From the human T2T-CHM13v2.0 reference genome, Homo sapiens, in assembly GCF_009914755.1 (NCBI RefSeq), contig NC_060932.1: a stretch of DNA of 64,000 bases. The stretch is one strand, 5' to 3'. The translations under genes were made by a program, and so were the position numbers. Each line of letters opens with the position of its first letter. Position 1 is the first letter of the stretch. The notes beneath the pieces were generated by a model that was given only the letters and a program-made list of their open reading frames with translations, did not search any database and was not told the origin of the DNA. Below are positions 14,095 through 29,891 of the stretch, piece after piece.

Positions 14095-14880
14095 GCCTAC
14101 ACCAGGATGTAGAGAAAAGGGAAACCCTTGTGTATTGTTGGTGCGAATGTAAATCAGTACAGTCATTATGGAAAACAGTATGGAGGTTCCTTTAAAAATT
14201 AAAAATAGAACTACCATATGATCTAGCAATCCCAGTAATGGGTATGTATCCAAAGGATGTATGTCAAAGAGATATCTGCCTTCTCATATTCACTGCAACA
14301 TTATTCACAATAGCCAAGATACAGAAGCAAACCTGAGTGTCTATCAATGGATGAATGCATAAAGAAAACTGTGCTGTGTATACATAATGGAATATTATTC
14401 AGTCTTAAAAAAAAAATGAAATACTGTCATTTGCAACAACATGGGTGAATCTGGAAGATGTTTTGCTAAGCAAAATAAGCCAGTCACAGAAAGATAAATA
14501 GTGCTTGATCTCACTCGTATGTGGAATCTAAAGAAGGTGAACTCATAGAAACAGAGAGTAGAATGATGGTTACCAAGGGATTGGGGAAGGGAAGGGTGGG
14601 AGGACTGGGGAAATGTTGGTCAAAGGATACAAAATTACCATTAGGAGGAAAGAGTTCAAGAGATCTATTGTATAATATGGTGACTATAGTTAATAACTAT
14701 TATATACTTGAAAATTGCTAAGAGAGTAGATTTTAAGTGTTTTCACTACCAATAACTGATTTAAGTATGTGAGGTATTGTTAACTAGCTTGATGTAGCCA
14801 TTCCACAGTGTTTACATATTTCAAAACAAAATGTATACCATAAATATATTTAATTTTTGTCGATTAAAAATAAATTTAAA
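14095..14880 (+). mobile_element. L1MA 3' end, sense to the gene
   Basis: gagaaaagggaaaccc...aaaaatagaactaccatatgatctagcaatccca... followed by an L1MA-type 3'UTR (gttcaagagatctattgta, gaaaattgctaagagagtagatttta). Confidence 0.9.
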
Positions 14881-15007
14881 AGTGAATATATATTAACAGA
14901 AAATGGGGGGGGGGGGTGAGTCAATACCTACAGAATATGAAAAATCCAACTTTGAAAAACTCAGTTCTTTTTTGCTGATATCTTTGTGTTTCCTAGGACT
15001 GTGTTTA

Positions 15008-15349
<342 letters not shown>

Positions 15350-16386
15350 ATATAGTTAAATGGGTAAAAAGAACAACTTATGAGAAATACATTTCTGGGG
15401 GAGGAGATTAAAGTGTACTAATAAAAAGAATCATAAGGAAAATGTTCACAATGATGTGGATTAGAACCTGAACACAATAAAGTGTAAACCAACCTTTCAA
15501 CACCAGTTTAGGTGTGCAGAAAGATTTACCAGAATGAAATTCATAATTCATTTCCCCCGTCATCCTCTCCTTTCTCATCAGCAGGATCCACCATGTTCAC
15601 ATAGATGATCTGTTAATATCATCTTGATTCTGAAAGGGACCTTAGTGGTTAGGTAATCTCTCATGAATGCTTTTGCCCATTGGTTGTTCAGGGACTGGGA
15701 GCTTTTCAGAATGAGTGAGGTTTAGCAGGTTCTAGGATTGGGTAGAGGGTAGAGGAGTAGTGTGACAACTACTTTTATGAATTTGATAGGATTCTTCTCC
15801 CTTTGGTTGTGAACCAAAAGAAGTAAATTCCCAGTTATTAAGATTAAATCTAATTAGATTTAGACTTGTTTTTAGATTGTATTCTCAAGAAGTTACCTAT
15901 AAGCACATGATCTTCTGAAAATCTGAACATAAATATTTTGCCCGGTATGTCTAGGCCCTTGAAATTTAGAATTGCAGCATGTCCTTCATCCCACTCCTTT
16001 CAGAATCTCTTACCCCTTTCTCTGCTTTATTTTTCTCTCGACTGTTTAATACTTACCACTACCTCACTTTCTAACATACTGTATAATTGCTTTATTAATG
16101 TTATTTATTGTCTGTGTCTGCCCTGAATGTATGCTCTGTGACAGCAGGGGTTTTTATCAGATACCCTTACCCGCTGCTATTGCCTATAGGTACATGATAC
16201 ACAGTAAGCACTCAATAAATGAAAGAATGTGTTTAAAACCTAACAGGAAAATTACTATAAAAATTTCCTCTGATTGTCTAACTCATTCATATATACCCAC
16301 ACCCATGTTCATGGATTATATATGCACTCCATGCCTATACCCCATCCATATCCATGTATACATACATACGTACATATGTATATACA

Positions 16387-16593
16387 GCAGTGGGTGATTT
16401 TGCCCTCCAGGGTTCCTTTGGCAGTGTCTGGAGACATTTCTGGCTGTCACAACTCGGGGATGCGGGGAGCATGTGTGCCCTGGCCTCTAGGTGTTCAGAT
16501 GCTGCTAAACAGCCTTCAGTGAATGGGACAGCCCCTGCACAGCAAAGAACTGTGCAGCCTAAGCTGTCATTAGTGCTGAGGCTGAGAAACTCT
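16387..16593. mobile_element. MER20
   Basis: gggtgattttgccc...tggcagtgtctggagacattt...gatgctgctaaac...tagtgctgaggctgagaaactctg, flanked by (TACA)-rich simple repeats. Confidence 0.88.
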
Positions 16594-17316
16594 GATACAC
16601 ACACTAATGTATGCATACATACATACATATACACATACATACACATACATAGTCACTGGTTTAAAAAATCTACTTAGAGAATTTTTGAAATTTGAAGTGG
16701 AAAACATAGGCAATACTAAGGGTTCTTTAGGTAAATAATACTTGGACCTTTATTGCTCTTTTTGCTGGCAGTTAAGGCTTTTCCTTATTTTCAGAGTTGA
16801 TAGCATTCCTCGTGTTTCCCTTATATTTTATGTTTCTTTATGTGTCATATTTCCCTCACTGGACTGTATGTCCTTGAGATTAGGATTCCCATACAGCCAT
16901 CCTCATGCTCCAACTCTCAGAGCTTGGCAGTGGACTTTGTACATTTTAGGTTCTCTTTAAATGCTTTTTGAGTGAACCAGTCAGTCAACCAAGTAACTAA
17001 GAAATTTGGGTGTTGGATTGTAGAAGCCACGGTAGGAATATTGACTCCACCCATGGAAATGGGCAAATGTCACAAATTAGACCCTCCCCAACAGCTGGAG
17101 AGCTGGTTATGAAGCAGTTACCAGCACCCCCCTGGGCATATCTGACATTGAAGCAAATTTGCATTTGGTAGACAGGTTTGGGAAAGGGCTTTAAAAGTAA
17201 CAAAGCCTATATATTGGAGGAGCTTCAGAGTCATCCTTTTTCTCCACCAGTGAGATTCCATGTACATTGATTTATGTCTTGGAAATATGTGAAAGATGTT
17301 TCTATTAAATCTTTCA

Positions 17317-17705
<389 letters not shown>

Positions 17706-18732
17706 TCATAGCCTACAATAGGCAAGTATGAAATAAAGGTGTATGTTGTGGAAATCACTGAAAGAGGTCAATATCCTCATCCTCACTCCACAGAAGGGGA
17801 AATTAGGCTCATTGAATTGAAACAACTTACCATAAGGCACACACCCAAGTTGCAAATTGGGAATTTGCATTTGGACCCAGTTTGCCCAACTCCAGCCCCA
17901 TGACCTCGATTTATCTGTAGTCTCTTTCCTTTCTTTCCTCTTTCTGCTAACCATGGATGAATGGCAGTAATCCTTAACAGCTGTTAGTGATGTATCAGAC
18001 ATCCAGTTCTTATTGCAAATATATGAGGCTTGTAATATGAATTCTATTTTACAAATGACAAAACTTAAAGCTCAAAAAGTTAATTTTTGGACCAAGGTCA
18101 CAGCTAACAAATGGCAGAACATTTGAACTTGGCAAGGCAGTATGGCACACAGGCTCATACACTGCTCACCACAGGTCCTTCAGTGCAATGACAATGACAA
18201 CAAAGAAAGTTAATTTTTAAAAATGAGATCAAAGATTTTCTTCCTTATGTTAAAAAAATTATTATTATTTCCATTTTACTTGACCCAGCTTTCTGTGACT
18301 TATTTTTACTAACTTATTTCTGTGTATAGGGAAGGTTTGGAAGAAAGCCTTTTGTCAGAAACTCATCCTATTATGGATAGTTGCTTTTATAATGTTAGAA
18401 TTGGTTGCTCTGTGTGTGCGTGTGTGTGTGCGTATATGTGCACACATGGGAGTGTCTGTGTTTTGAAAGGACAAAATAAAAACTAATCAATAGAGCAGGT
18501 CTTTGAAATTCCTTAACCTACTTATGTCATTAGCAGTAATGTCTGTGATGTTACCTGTCATGGAGTCTTGAGCTTGCAAGGCTAGCTTTTCAGAGGTGAT
18601 TTATTTTCTTCTAAGTGATATGTTTGCAGTTTGAGCCACAGAACAAAGCATAGTGCCTAATTATCACTATATGGGCCAATGGCCATACTGAAGATATATC
18701 TCTTGATCCAGTTTTTTTACTTAAGCATATAA

Positions 18733-18963
<231 letters not shown>

Positions 18964-19068
18964 TAGTTACACAAAGCAGATGTATACAGTGGACTTGCAG
19001 TGGTGTCTATTAGCATTAGGGTAGCTGCTGCTTAATTTAAAAAATCACCAATATTCAGCTTCTTTGGC

Positions 19069-19234
19069 TTTTTATTTTTTTTTCTTTGAGACAGAGTCTT
19101 GCTCTGTCACCCAGGCTGGAGTGTGGTGGCATGATCTCGGCTCACTGCAACCTCCACCTCCCAGGTTCAAGCAATTCTCACGCCTCAGCCTCCCAAAGTG
19201 CTAGGATTACAGGCGTGAGCCACTGCTCCCAGCC
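19069..19234 (-). mobile_element. Monomer-length chimeric Alu
   Basis: Right-arm 3' part fused to left-arm 5' part, with flanking ttcag..ctttggcttttt repeats. Confidence 0.85.
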
Positions 19235-19377
19235 TTCAGTCTCTTTGGCTTTTTGTGTGTTTCCAAGTAAGTGTTCCTCCTTCCTAAGATACCATAATTT
19301 GCCATGTCTCGATATCTCGATATCCTGATACCAGTTAATGCGTTTTCTTTGTTCCATGGGGCTTTTTGCATTTATAC

Positions 19378-19580
19378 CTTTTTTATTTTTATTTTTTTAA
19401 GAGATGGGGTCTTACTCTGTCGCCCAAGCTCACAGTAGTCTCTACTGCCCTGGCTCAAATGATTCTCCCAACTCAGCCTCCCAAAGTAGCTGGGACCAGA
19501 GGCGTGCACCACGATCCCCAGCTAATTTTTTTATTATTTTTAGAGACAAGGTCTTGCTATGTTGCCCAGGCTAGTCACAA
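19378..19580 (-). mobile_element. AluJ fragment
   Basis: gagatggggtcttactctgtcgccc ... ggtcttgctatgttgcccaggct. Confidence 0.85.
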
Positions 19581-19854
19581 ACTGGTCTTCCCTTTTAACT
19601 AGGTTTCCTGAGGACAAAGATCTCAGTGTGTTCATCTGATGTCTTCAGAGTCTGGGACTTTAATGCCTATTAGGTGTTGAATCCATATATAAATGCGTTA
19701 GTAACTGGCTTTCAAGATTGTGTTCTCTTAATACAAATATCTGGATCAAGAATGTAGGAAGTTACTTTCCAAAATGAGAAAATAAGCCCTTTTGTTAATT
19801 TTTGAACCTAATTTTTAAAGACCACATTCAATTTTTGTGTATGAAATGTCTTAG

Positions 19855-20356
<502 letters not shown>

Positions 20357-21723
20357 TCTCTAGTCAGTATTTCCCATTTGGTAGGAAATACCACTAGGTG
20401 GCACCAGAACACTTCTTATGAAGTAGCTATTGGCTTTTTGAACAGTGCTTATTGCACAGTTTAGGATTATATAAAAGATACAATCACTAAATTATTGGAA
20501 TTTGGAGCCTGAATTATCTCATGTATATAAAAAGTAAAAATGTGTTGATTCTATTAGACCAGAGAACTATACGACTATTAAGGTTAAATTTTTAGATCAA
20601 CTCTTCCAGGAATGAGGACTATACCTCTCACCTTTGCTGCTCTCCTTTTCAGTTGTGTGGGTTAATCAGTTTCATTTACCAGTGATTGATGCAGATCCTT
20701 TCACAAAATAAAAATAAACATTTCATATGAATCATAAGTATTTATTCTTCCAGGTTAATGGATCTTGATTTTGTTATCGATTACATTTTAAAACCACTTT
20801 TAAAAGACTTATACATATTGTGCGCATAAATTTCTTGTAATTTTGTCCTTCCTCCAGTGGCCCAGTTGTATTTGGGGCAGTTTTAGAATGTCAAAAAGGG
20901 TGAAATGTGCTTTCCTATTGGCTTCCTTACTCAGAAAGTTGAGTAGTTTCCTTTTTAAGAGCTATTGAGAGGAAAGTTTTGGCTGCTGTTCACCTCATCT
21001 CACCTCCTGTTACCGTGGAATCTCACTCCATAAATTTCCAATCATTCCAACACCTCCAGATTTTCTTTCCTCCACCGACTGTAACAACCTGAAAGTTGGC
21101 ATGGTTTCTCCACATGATGGCGTGTGTGGAAATAATTACTTGCTGTGTTCCCCTGTTTGCTAAGCTCTCCCATTCACATTAGGATGTCACTTTGTGAAAC
21201 AGTAAATGAGTCACTTTTTAGTTTTTAAAACAGCGTGTATAGTATCTGAATACCATCTGGGTTTTTCTAGAATCCTGAGAATAATTTTTCTATTAATTCT
21301 GCTTTTTTGTCTTTGGAGCTGAAGCTTGGTTTAGGTTTCAGTGGCCTAACAGGGTTTGAAAATGACCATCACAGAAAAAATGGAATTGGAGTCACTCAAT
21401 CAGATTAAAATTAGACTAGCACTTTATTATATCTCTTTGATCATTGGAAATAATTGAGACTAGTTTAATGCTAAGCAAAGATGACAGCTTATGGAAGAAG
21501 TAGATAGAACAGACTTTAGGATTATTTTTGAGACATCAGATTCCTTTTTAAAAGACATAAAATTTTACGTCTTCTAGTAAGCAGAAAGGAGCTTTTTGTA
21601 GATTGGCAATTAACATAGCTAAACCAACTTGATTATTCTAGAGAAGATTATTTTATTATCCAGACCTATTTTTTCTCCCTCTTCTTTCTGTACTTTATAA
21701 ATGAAATTATTTGTTATATATAA

Positions 21724-21787
21724 ATGTAAAGCATTATTTATATATGTAAAGCATTATTATTTATATATGTAAAGCATTATTTATATA
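21724..21787. repeat. Three copies of a ~20-bp AT-rich tandem repeat (atgtaaagcattatttatat)
   Basis: Three consecutive units, the second with an extra att. Confidence 0.9.
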
Positions 21788-21789
21788 AA

Positions 21790-22060
21790 GTGTTAGCCAC
21801 ATGTGTAATTTAAAATTTTCTGCTGTCCTTATTACAAAAAGTAAGAAGAAAGAGGAAAGATTACTTTTAGAAATGTTTTATTTAAACAAATATGTCTAAA
21901 ATATTTTAACATATAATCAATATGAAAGTTACTAATATTATTTTGACTTTTTTGATACTAAAATTAGAATCTTACAGTACATGTCAACCTGGACTAGCCA
22001 TATTTCATATATTTAGTAGCCACATGTGAAAAGTGGGTACTGTATTAGATAACAGCACAG
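21790..22060. mobile_element. MER33/MER3-like hAT MITE
   Basis: tagccacatgtg at both ends, and ggactagccatatttca. Confidence 0.75.
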
Positions 22061-24653
22061 ATATAGGTTATTTCATTTGTCAGTGACTGTGTCAGAGAAG
22101 GGCAAGAAAGCATAAGGATATTTAAATCAATCATCATGTAACATTTTAGAAGTTTTGGAGAGTACTCAAATCAAACCAGTCGGTAAAACGAGTTATTATC
22201 TGTTGATTTCTTTTGTATTTGTCACTTTTCTACCCTAGGTGTGATTGGTATTTTAATACATAAAATGCCAATTTTAAAAATAGTTTAGTCAGCCTAAAAT
22301 GACTTACTTCTGAGGATCCTGCTAGTATTTGCTTCTGTTTGAAATGTCATGATAATTTGAATCCACATCTACAGTACTTTCATATTTTGTGGCTGATGTG
22401 GTAAACTAGTTTCTTATGATATTGGGCAAGCCAGAGGTTAAGCCTGTTAACTTCAGCAGCCAGAATACTGTACTCTAGTTGCTATAAACAATTAGGCCTG
22501 TCAGCAATTGACCTTGGAAATGCTAATTTGCTTGTCCCTGGGTGCTGCCTCAGGCACTGGCTTTCTCTCTGTGGGTGGGAGTTATGAACCTAGTTTGGAG
22601 GAGAACTTGAGGCATTTGGGGCAAGCTCCAAACAGATGTGCTTCTTGCTTCATTTTTGCATGTGACCAAGTCGCAAGAGGCGCATTCCTTGCATGAATTT
22701 CTTTGAAGGCCTTGTAGAATCAGACATGTATGCCTAGACTAAAGTTGAGAGGAAGCTTTATTACTTTTGAATTTACCCTTCCCTCTTCATTCTACTGCAC
22801 ATCTGCCATAACGAAGGTTGATTGAAAAATGCTACACAGTGATTTTCATCACTATTTCATTGTATTTCTTAAACTTACTGAAAAAGAACTTGGAAGGCAT
22901 CTTTTATTAACTCTTTTGGTTTTGTGTTTATTACTACTATTATAGTAGAGCCAGGAGAAAGTGGCCTGAATAAGTGAGGAGAAAGAAATGTTAGTTGGAA
23001 AAGCTATATATACATGGTGAGAAGTTATAGGTAGCGTGCTCAGTAGATGAAGAAGGGAAAGAGAATATTTATAAAATTCAGAGTTACTGTCTTTTTAAAC
23101 TGGTGGTGACAGCAGTGGCAGATTTTACTCCAAGACAAAGATTTGCGCTTCCTCTTCTTTTGGGCAGGTAATTTTGGACAAGGTAATTTTGTCCCTTTAT
23201 TGTACAATACTGATTCAAACATTTATTTGAGGTTGGTTGATTGCCACTGTTGTTAGGTAATTGTTAGCATTTTATGTTGATCAGTCACCAATTATTATTG
23301 GCTCATGCCCTCAAAAGGCTAATAATTTTGTTAGCAGATAAGGCAAATAGGTATCCATGCAAAGATCAGGAGAACTACATGGTAGTAAGTAATGTGTGCC
23401 AAATGAGGAGACCATGAATCTGTATGTCTCAATCAAGAATCTGTGAATGTATTTTTACATTTTATGACCTAGCAGCCTGATTCTGTATCCCATAGGCATA
23501 CATCTTTTGTAGACTCTAATTTAATAGGCAACTTAATAATAGCCAACTTGTGATGCTTTTTGTGTACCTGGCATGTTATAAATGCCTTATGTGTATTCAT
23601 TCATTTAATCCTTACAGAAATACTGTCAGGTAGGTAGGTATCATTACCATTATACATATGAGTAAACTGAACCTTGAGGTTGACCAAGGACTATATACTG
23701 TATCTCTGAAGGAGTGGTTTTTGTTTTTTAACCACAATAATGGATTTCAGATTGGAAATATACATTTTAATTATTTACTCCTTACATATTCTCACCCATC
23801 ATCCTTTGTAACCCTAACCCCTTCCCAATTGCAGTAAGCTCTGAGATAAGTTCTTACCTACGCATTATTGACCTAGGCCTGTGCTCAGTGTAGATAGCTC
23901 TTTTGCAGAGCTCTGACACCGTTATGCCTGAAGATGAGTTCTTCATTAAAACCATTTATAGAGTCCATTCTATGCCAACTCTGATGATTGACTTAGAAGG
24001 TTCTCTGGCTGAGCTAAAAAAAAAAAAAAAAAAAAAATGCTGCCTATTATATGAAATGTACTATGCTAGAAATACAAAGATATGAAGATACTTCAACAAA
24101 TCTCTAGATCCTTACTAGGATTGTAAGTCTTGATTACCGTGAATTGACTTCTTGGATCATCTTTGTTTGATTGTTTCTCTAGCCATAACCAAAGCATCTG
24201 GCATTTGCTTCCCGAAAAATGGTAGTTATTACCTTCTACAACTATTTTAAACCCTTGAGCATAACTTACAGAAGGTGCATGATGTCACTGGCTATATCCC
24301 CTTATACTCTATATACTCCAGTCATGGAGCCTGGTTTAAGTGCCATCAACATATGCTCTTTAAGCCTCTTTTCTCTGCTCACATGACTTCCTCTCCCTAG
24401 AATGCCCTTTCTCTGTTGAGTGCTTTGAGGGCACCAATTCATCTTTCAAGGATAAGCTTAAGTATCATCTTTTTTCTGCAGACATTCCTCTCCCACCCAA
24501 ACCAAATTGATCTCTTCTTGGGTTCCTCTTTGTTTGTTGTACATTCGTCCATCTAAACAGCAGAGCACTTCTTTGCACTCAGTTGTATTTCAACTATATA
24601 CTATATATATTTCAACCTTATACTTTAGCATAAGGTATTCTCACCACTAGATA

Positions 24654-24832
24654 CAGGGGTTTGAAAAGACCAGTTAATAATATCCTGTTTCCCAGCCAAG
24701 TTGGGGCTTCGTGTTCCAGTCTGTGTTGCACTACTCAACTCTGCCATTTTCACTCAAAAGCAGCCATAAACAATATGTAAACAAATGGATGTGATTTGAA
24801 TAGTAGTGGGCTGCACTTTACTCATCCGTGGT
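24654..24832. mobile_element. Degenerate MER58-like element
   Basis: tgcaactactcaactctgccatt...aaagcagccataaacaatatgtaaacaaatgg. Confidence 0.7.
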
Positions 24833-26308
24833 CTAGAGAAGTTTGATAGTTTTGTCTCATGTCTTTAAAGGCTAAGAATGGGTTAAAATTTCATAAAATC
24901 AAAATATAAAGTGATACCTGAAAAGGGATTATAGGGAAGATAACAGAAATGGTTCTTGCAAATATATATATATATTTTTCTGGCCAACTCATTAAATGAC
25001 TGGTAGGAAATAATTTTTACAAAGAGTACGATATAAGCCTTGACAACTTCTATATCATGGGTTACTGAAAAATCTTACCTATAAAGTTCTCCTAGACTCA
25101 GGTGTGTTTATAATAAAGTTTATGTTTTAGTTTCCTCCTTTCCAAAAGCCCTTTACATTTTCTGAAGTTAGTTCCACAATATTTACTAAGTTCCACAATA
25201 TTTACTAAGCACCTTCTCTCTGAAATATAAAGATATGGAGATATCACTCAACAAATTTATAAATCTTATTGCAGTTATTTTTCTCTCTTAACAATCCTAT
25301 GAAAATGAAGGAGACACTTGACAGATGAAAGAGCTAAAGCTCGAAGGGTTAAGTGACTTATCTGAAGTCACAAAGTTTGAGATGCTACTCACATCCAGAA
25401 TATCTTCTGCAGTGCTAACCCACATGTGTACATGCGCACACGCACACAAACACACACACACAAGTGTGCATCTTGTGTAGATCAACATGTCCCATGCCAG
25501 TCCTATTTGCCGTTATATGTAGAGCTATTAAGTTTGGAACATTAAGTAAAGAATCCCTCATTATAGGATGCAATTTTGCTGTAATGAAATTCATTTCAGC
25601 AGATAATTAATTTAGTATTTAATCACCTTAAATTCTTCTTAATAGTATTTCACCTTGTTTTTTAAAAAAATTCCTCTCAGTTAGTCACTCCCTCTAAATC
25701 CCATTAGCTTTTTTATTCTTTTATTTGGTGACAATAACAACTTTATTGAGGTATGATTCACCCATTTAAAATGTACAATTTTGTGGTTTTCAGAATATTC
25801 AGAGATATATAACCATCACCACAGTCAATTTTAGAACATTTTCATCACTTCAAAAAAAGAAACCCTGTACCCTTTAGCTATTGCCTTCCTGTTTTCCCAT
25901 TCTCACTATTCCTAAGGAGCCACTATTCTACTTTCTGTCTCTATAGATTTGCCTATTTCCAGCATCTCATATAAATGGAGTAATGTAATATGTGGTCTTT
26001 TGTGACTGGCTGTTTTCTTAGCATAAGGTTTTCAAGGTTCATCCATGTTGCATGTATCAGTAAGTACTTTATTCCTTTTTATAGCTGAATAATATTTCAC
26101 TGTACTTCTGTTAAATTTATTCATAAACATTTTATTCTTTTTGATTCTATTATAAATGGAATTGTTTTCCTAATTTCACTTTTGGATTGTTTATTGCAAG
26201 TGTATAAAAATACAGTTGATTTTTGTATATTGATCATGCTTGCATTCTGAAACTGCTGAACTCATTTATTTGTTCTCATATTTTGATTTTTTAAAGTGGA
26301 TTCCTCAG

Positions 26309-26931
<623 letters not shown>

Positions 26932-27947
26932 TAGGATTTTCTGCATACAAGATCATGTCATCTGTGAATGGAGATAGTTTTATTTTTTCCTTTCCAATCT
27001 GGATGCCCTTTATTTCTTTTTCTTGCCTAATTGTCCTCGATAGAACCTGCAGTACAATGTTGAGTAAAAGTGTCAAGAGCATACATCCTTTTTACTGATC
27101 TTAGGGCAACAGCATCTTTCAATATTAAGTGTAATGTTATCTGGAGAGCTCCCTTCCTCCTGCAGTGGCCTTCTAACGCCCTTTATTGAGAAAGCTTCAC
27201 ATCATTCTCACTGTAAGAGAAAATGCTTCAAGCACTTCCATCTATTATCACAGAGCGGGTATTGAAGGGTGAATTTTGAGCTGAGAGGCAATTAATTGAT
27301 AACTGGCACAGAACATGAATAAGCAAGTGGAATAAAGCTGTGAAGGTGCTGTGATAGAAACCTAATTGCAGGAAACAGTGAAGGCACCATGGAGTTAGTG
27401 GTCAATTCTAGCAGAGGACCTTTAGTAGAACTTCTGTACTGGAAATGAGGACATTAATGATGAGTAGGCATTCCCTAGAGAGTGGGAGAGGGTGTTTCTG
27501 AGGGTAGCAAAGATGAGAAGAGCTGTGAGCAGCTTGGTGTCAAGATCTGTGAAAGCTAACAGGTTAGTCTGCCACAGTGTGGCAGGATGTTGGCAGAAGG
27601 TGAGAGCTTATGAGTCAGAGACAAAGGTCTTTATCACTTGTTGCACATTGCACATCAAACAGTGTGAGTATCATAGTTCACCTTGTTGTCCCCTCTGTCC
27701 CAAGTCCTACATTGGTGAGGAAGGGCCCAGGGTGATACTGTGGAGGGTTTGTGTCACAGCTGAGGAACTTGGGGGCTAAGGGACCCAGATTTTTGTAACG
27801 AGCAGTAAACTTCCCTGACCTTTGCCATGGAGGAAGACATCATCTTATTATACTGCCCTCTGATGTAGAAGGAGGCACAACCTCAATCTTCCAGGGTTTT
27901 GTTCATTATACAAACATCCTTGAAAACTATAAAAGGGCAGTTAGTCA

Positions 27948-28229
27948 TCCAGGCGGGGTGACTCACACCTGTAATTCCAGCACTTTGAGAGGCCAAGGCG
28001 GGCAGATCACTTGAGGTCAGGAGTTCGAGACCAGCTTGGCCAACTTGGTGAAGACTCCATCTCTTCTAAAAATACAGAAATTAAGCTGGCATGGTGGTGG
28101 GTGCCTACTAAGGAGGCCGAGGCAGGAGAATCACTTCAACCCAGAGGCAGAGGTTGCAGTGAGCCGAGATTGCGCCATAGCACTCCAGCCTGGGTGACAG
28201 TGTGAGACTCTGTTTCAAAAAAAAAAAAA
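27948..28229 (+). mobile_element. AluS
   Basis: Dimer with a small deletion, flanked by gggcagtta / ggacagtta. Confidence 0.92.
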
Positions 28230-29571
28230 CGAGGGGGACAGTTATTGTCTTTGCTCACAAGATGTGAGGAGATGTGTGAGACCATGAGGAATAGTGTCCC
28301 AGCACCTGGCAGGTTCAGGGAACTGCATGTTAACTTCAGGTTGGGCCTTTCCAAGAATTTTACCACCACGTATTATAGCTTCAGCACTTACTACCTCAAG
28401 AAGATGTAGTACCTTACTTGATGCACGAAAGTCCTATTTGCTGCTGGATTCCTTCTTTCCCTTTTTGGCAAAGAGGGCATCATATTCTGTTGGCTAGGCA
28501 GAATAACCTCGAGCTTTCAGAAACAATTTTGGAATCAGGTCGCTAGGTTCAAACACAGCTCTGGCAATTATTAGCATTGTGTAAGTTTTGGTTCTCTCAT
28601 TTGCAAAATGAGGATAATATTGTAAAATAGCAGTTAACATCTAATAAGTATTTAACTTTGTACCCACACACATCTCCCTTATTCTCACTTTATTTAGGAT
28701 TGATGTGAGAATTAAATACTGTATATAAAATGCTTTTCACTTGGCACACAGCGTTCTTATTTTATCTGTCAGTTGTTTTGTTTTGCTTATAATTATTTGG
28801 TTCTTTCGCAGGTGAGAGAGGTGGATGCTTTGGAGCTTTTGGCTCAGAAATGATAATGTACATAACACAGGCAGCCATGAGTTAAAATGCAAGTTCTGCT
28901 ATCTGCTAGCTCTGTGAGTTTGAACCAGTTACTTCACTTCTTTAGCATTCTTTTCCATGCATGAAAAATATGGACATTATCTCCTTTTCATGGTTCCTGG
29001 TTTGATGAAACAGTTACATGCTTTGCTGTCCAAGATTTACTTCTCAACTTGGTTGATCAGCCTGTAAATGCTTGCTTTGGTTATAAAGGGAATTAGTGGA
29101 AAAAGAATTTAAAGTGTATGTCTTACTGTTAGGATGGGGAATGGCACTGAGAATGTGTGCTGAGGTTGGGGGAGTACATGATAGTAAGGGCCATGTGTGT
29201 TTCTGTGTGGGGGGAGATTGTCTTCTTAATAGGAAAAAATGATGTTTATGATATGGTTTAAGAAACAAAAGTATGTTCTAGTTTTAGAAAAATTAGTATG
29301 GGATTTCATTTCAAGCAAAAAAAGATGAGTGCTCCTGTGGGATAGACTAAAATAGGCGTTTAAACCAGTTAACAAAGAAAGATTATGTAATGTGTTACAT
29401 GGAAGATGCAGTTTTTGTTAGTTGTCTCCCTCTCTTCTTCTGGAATGGAGCCTTCCAGAGTTCTTGGGTCGTTCTGGAGTTTGTTGAGCATTACCCTGTA
29501 TCTGCCTTATCTTTGTTTTCTGAGTGGTAAGCTTATGAGGGGTTTGGAGTCTTGGCTGAAACTTAATAATA

Positions 29572-29891
29572 CAGGTTGAGTATCCCTTATGTGAAATGTT
29601 TGGGACCAGAAGTGTTTCAGATTTCAGATTTTGGAATATTTACATATACATAATGAGATACCTTGGGGATGGGATCCAAGTCTAAACATGAAATTCACTT
29701 ATGTTTCATATACACATAGCCTGAAGGTAATTTTATACAACATTTTAAGTAATTTTGTGCATGAAACAAGGTTTGTGTTAAGTACTTATGTGTGGAATTT
29801 TCCACTTGTGGTGTCATGTCAGCGCTCAAAAAAGCTTTGGATTTTGGAGCATTGAAGATTTTGGATTTTTGAATTGGGGATGCTCACCTTT
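29572..29891. mobile_element. Tigger4 (MER46/Zombi) non-autonomous element
   Basis: TIRs caggttgagtatccc ... gggatgctcacct and internal tttgggaccagaagtgtttcagattt. Confidence 0.85.

Noticed and set aside
16098-16677. Cluster of overlapping 80-107 aa ORFs on both strands
   Set aside because: Explained by MER20 plus (TACA)n simple repeats that lack stop codons.
21724-21787. Repeat array as CRISPR-like
   Set aside because: The units are adjacent with no spacers. It is an AT-rich minisatellite in a eukaryotic intron.
27570-27945. Possible old LTR element
   Set aside because: It looks LTR-like, but I could not assign a family or termini with confidence.
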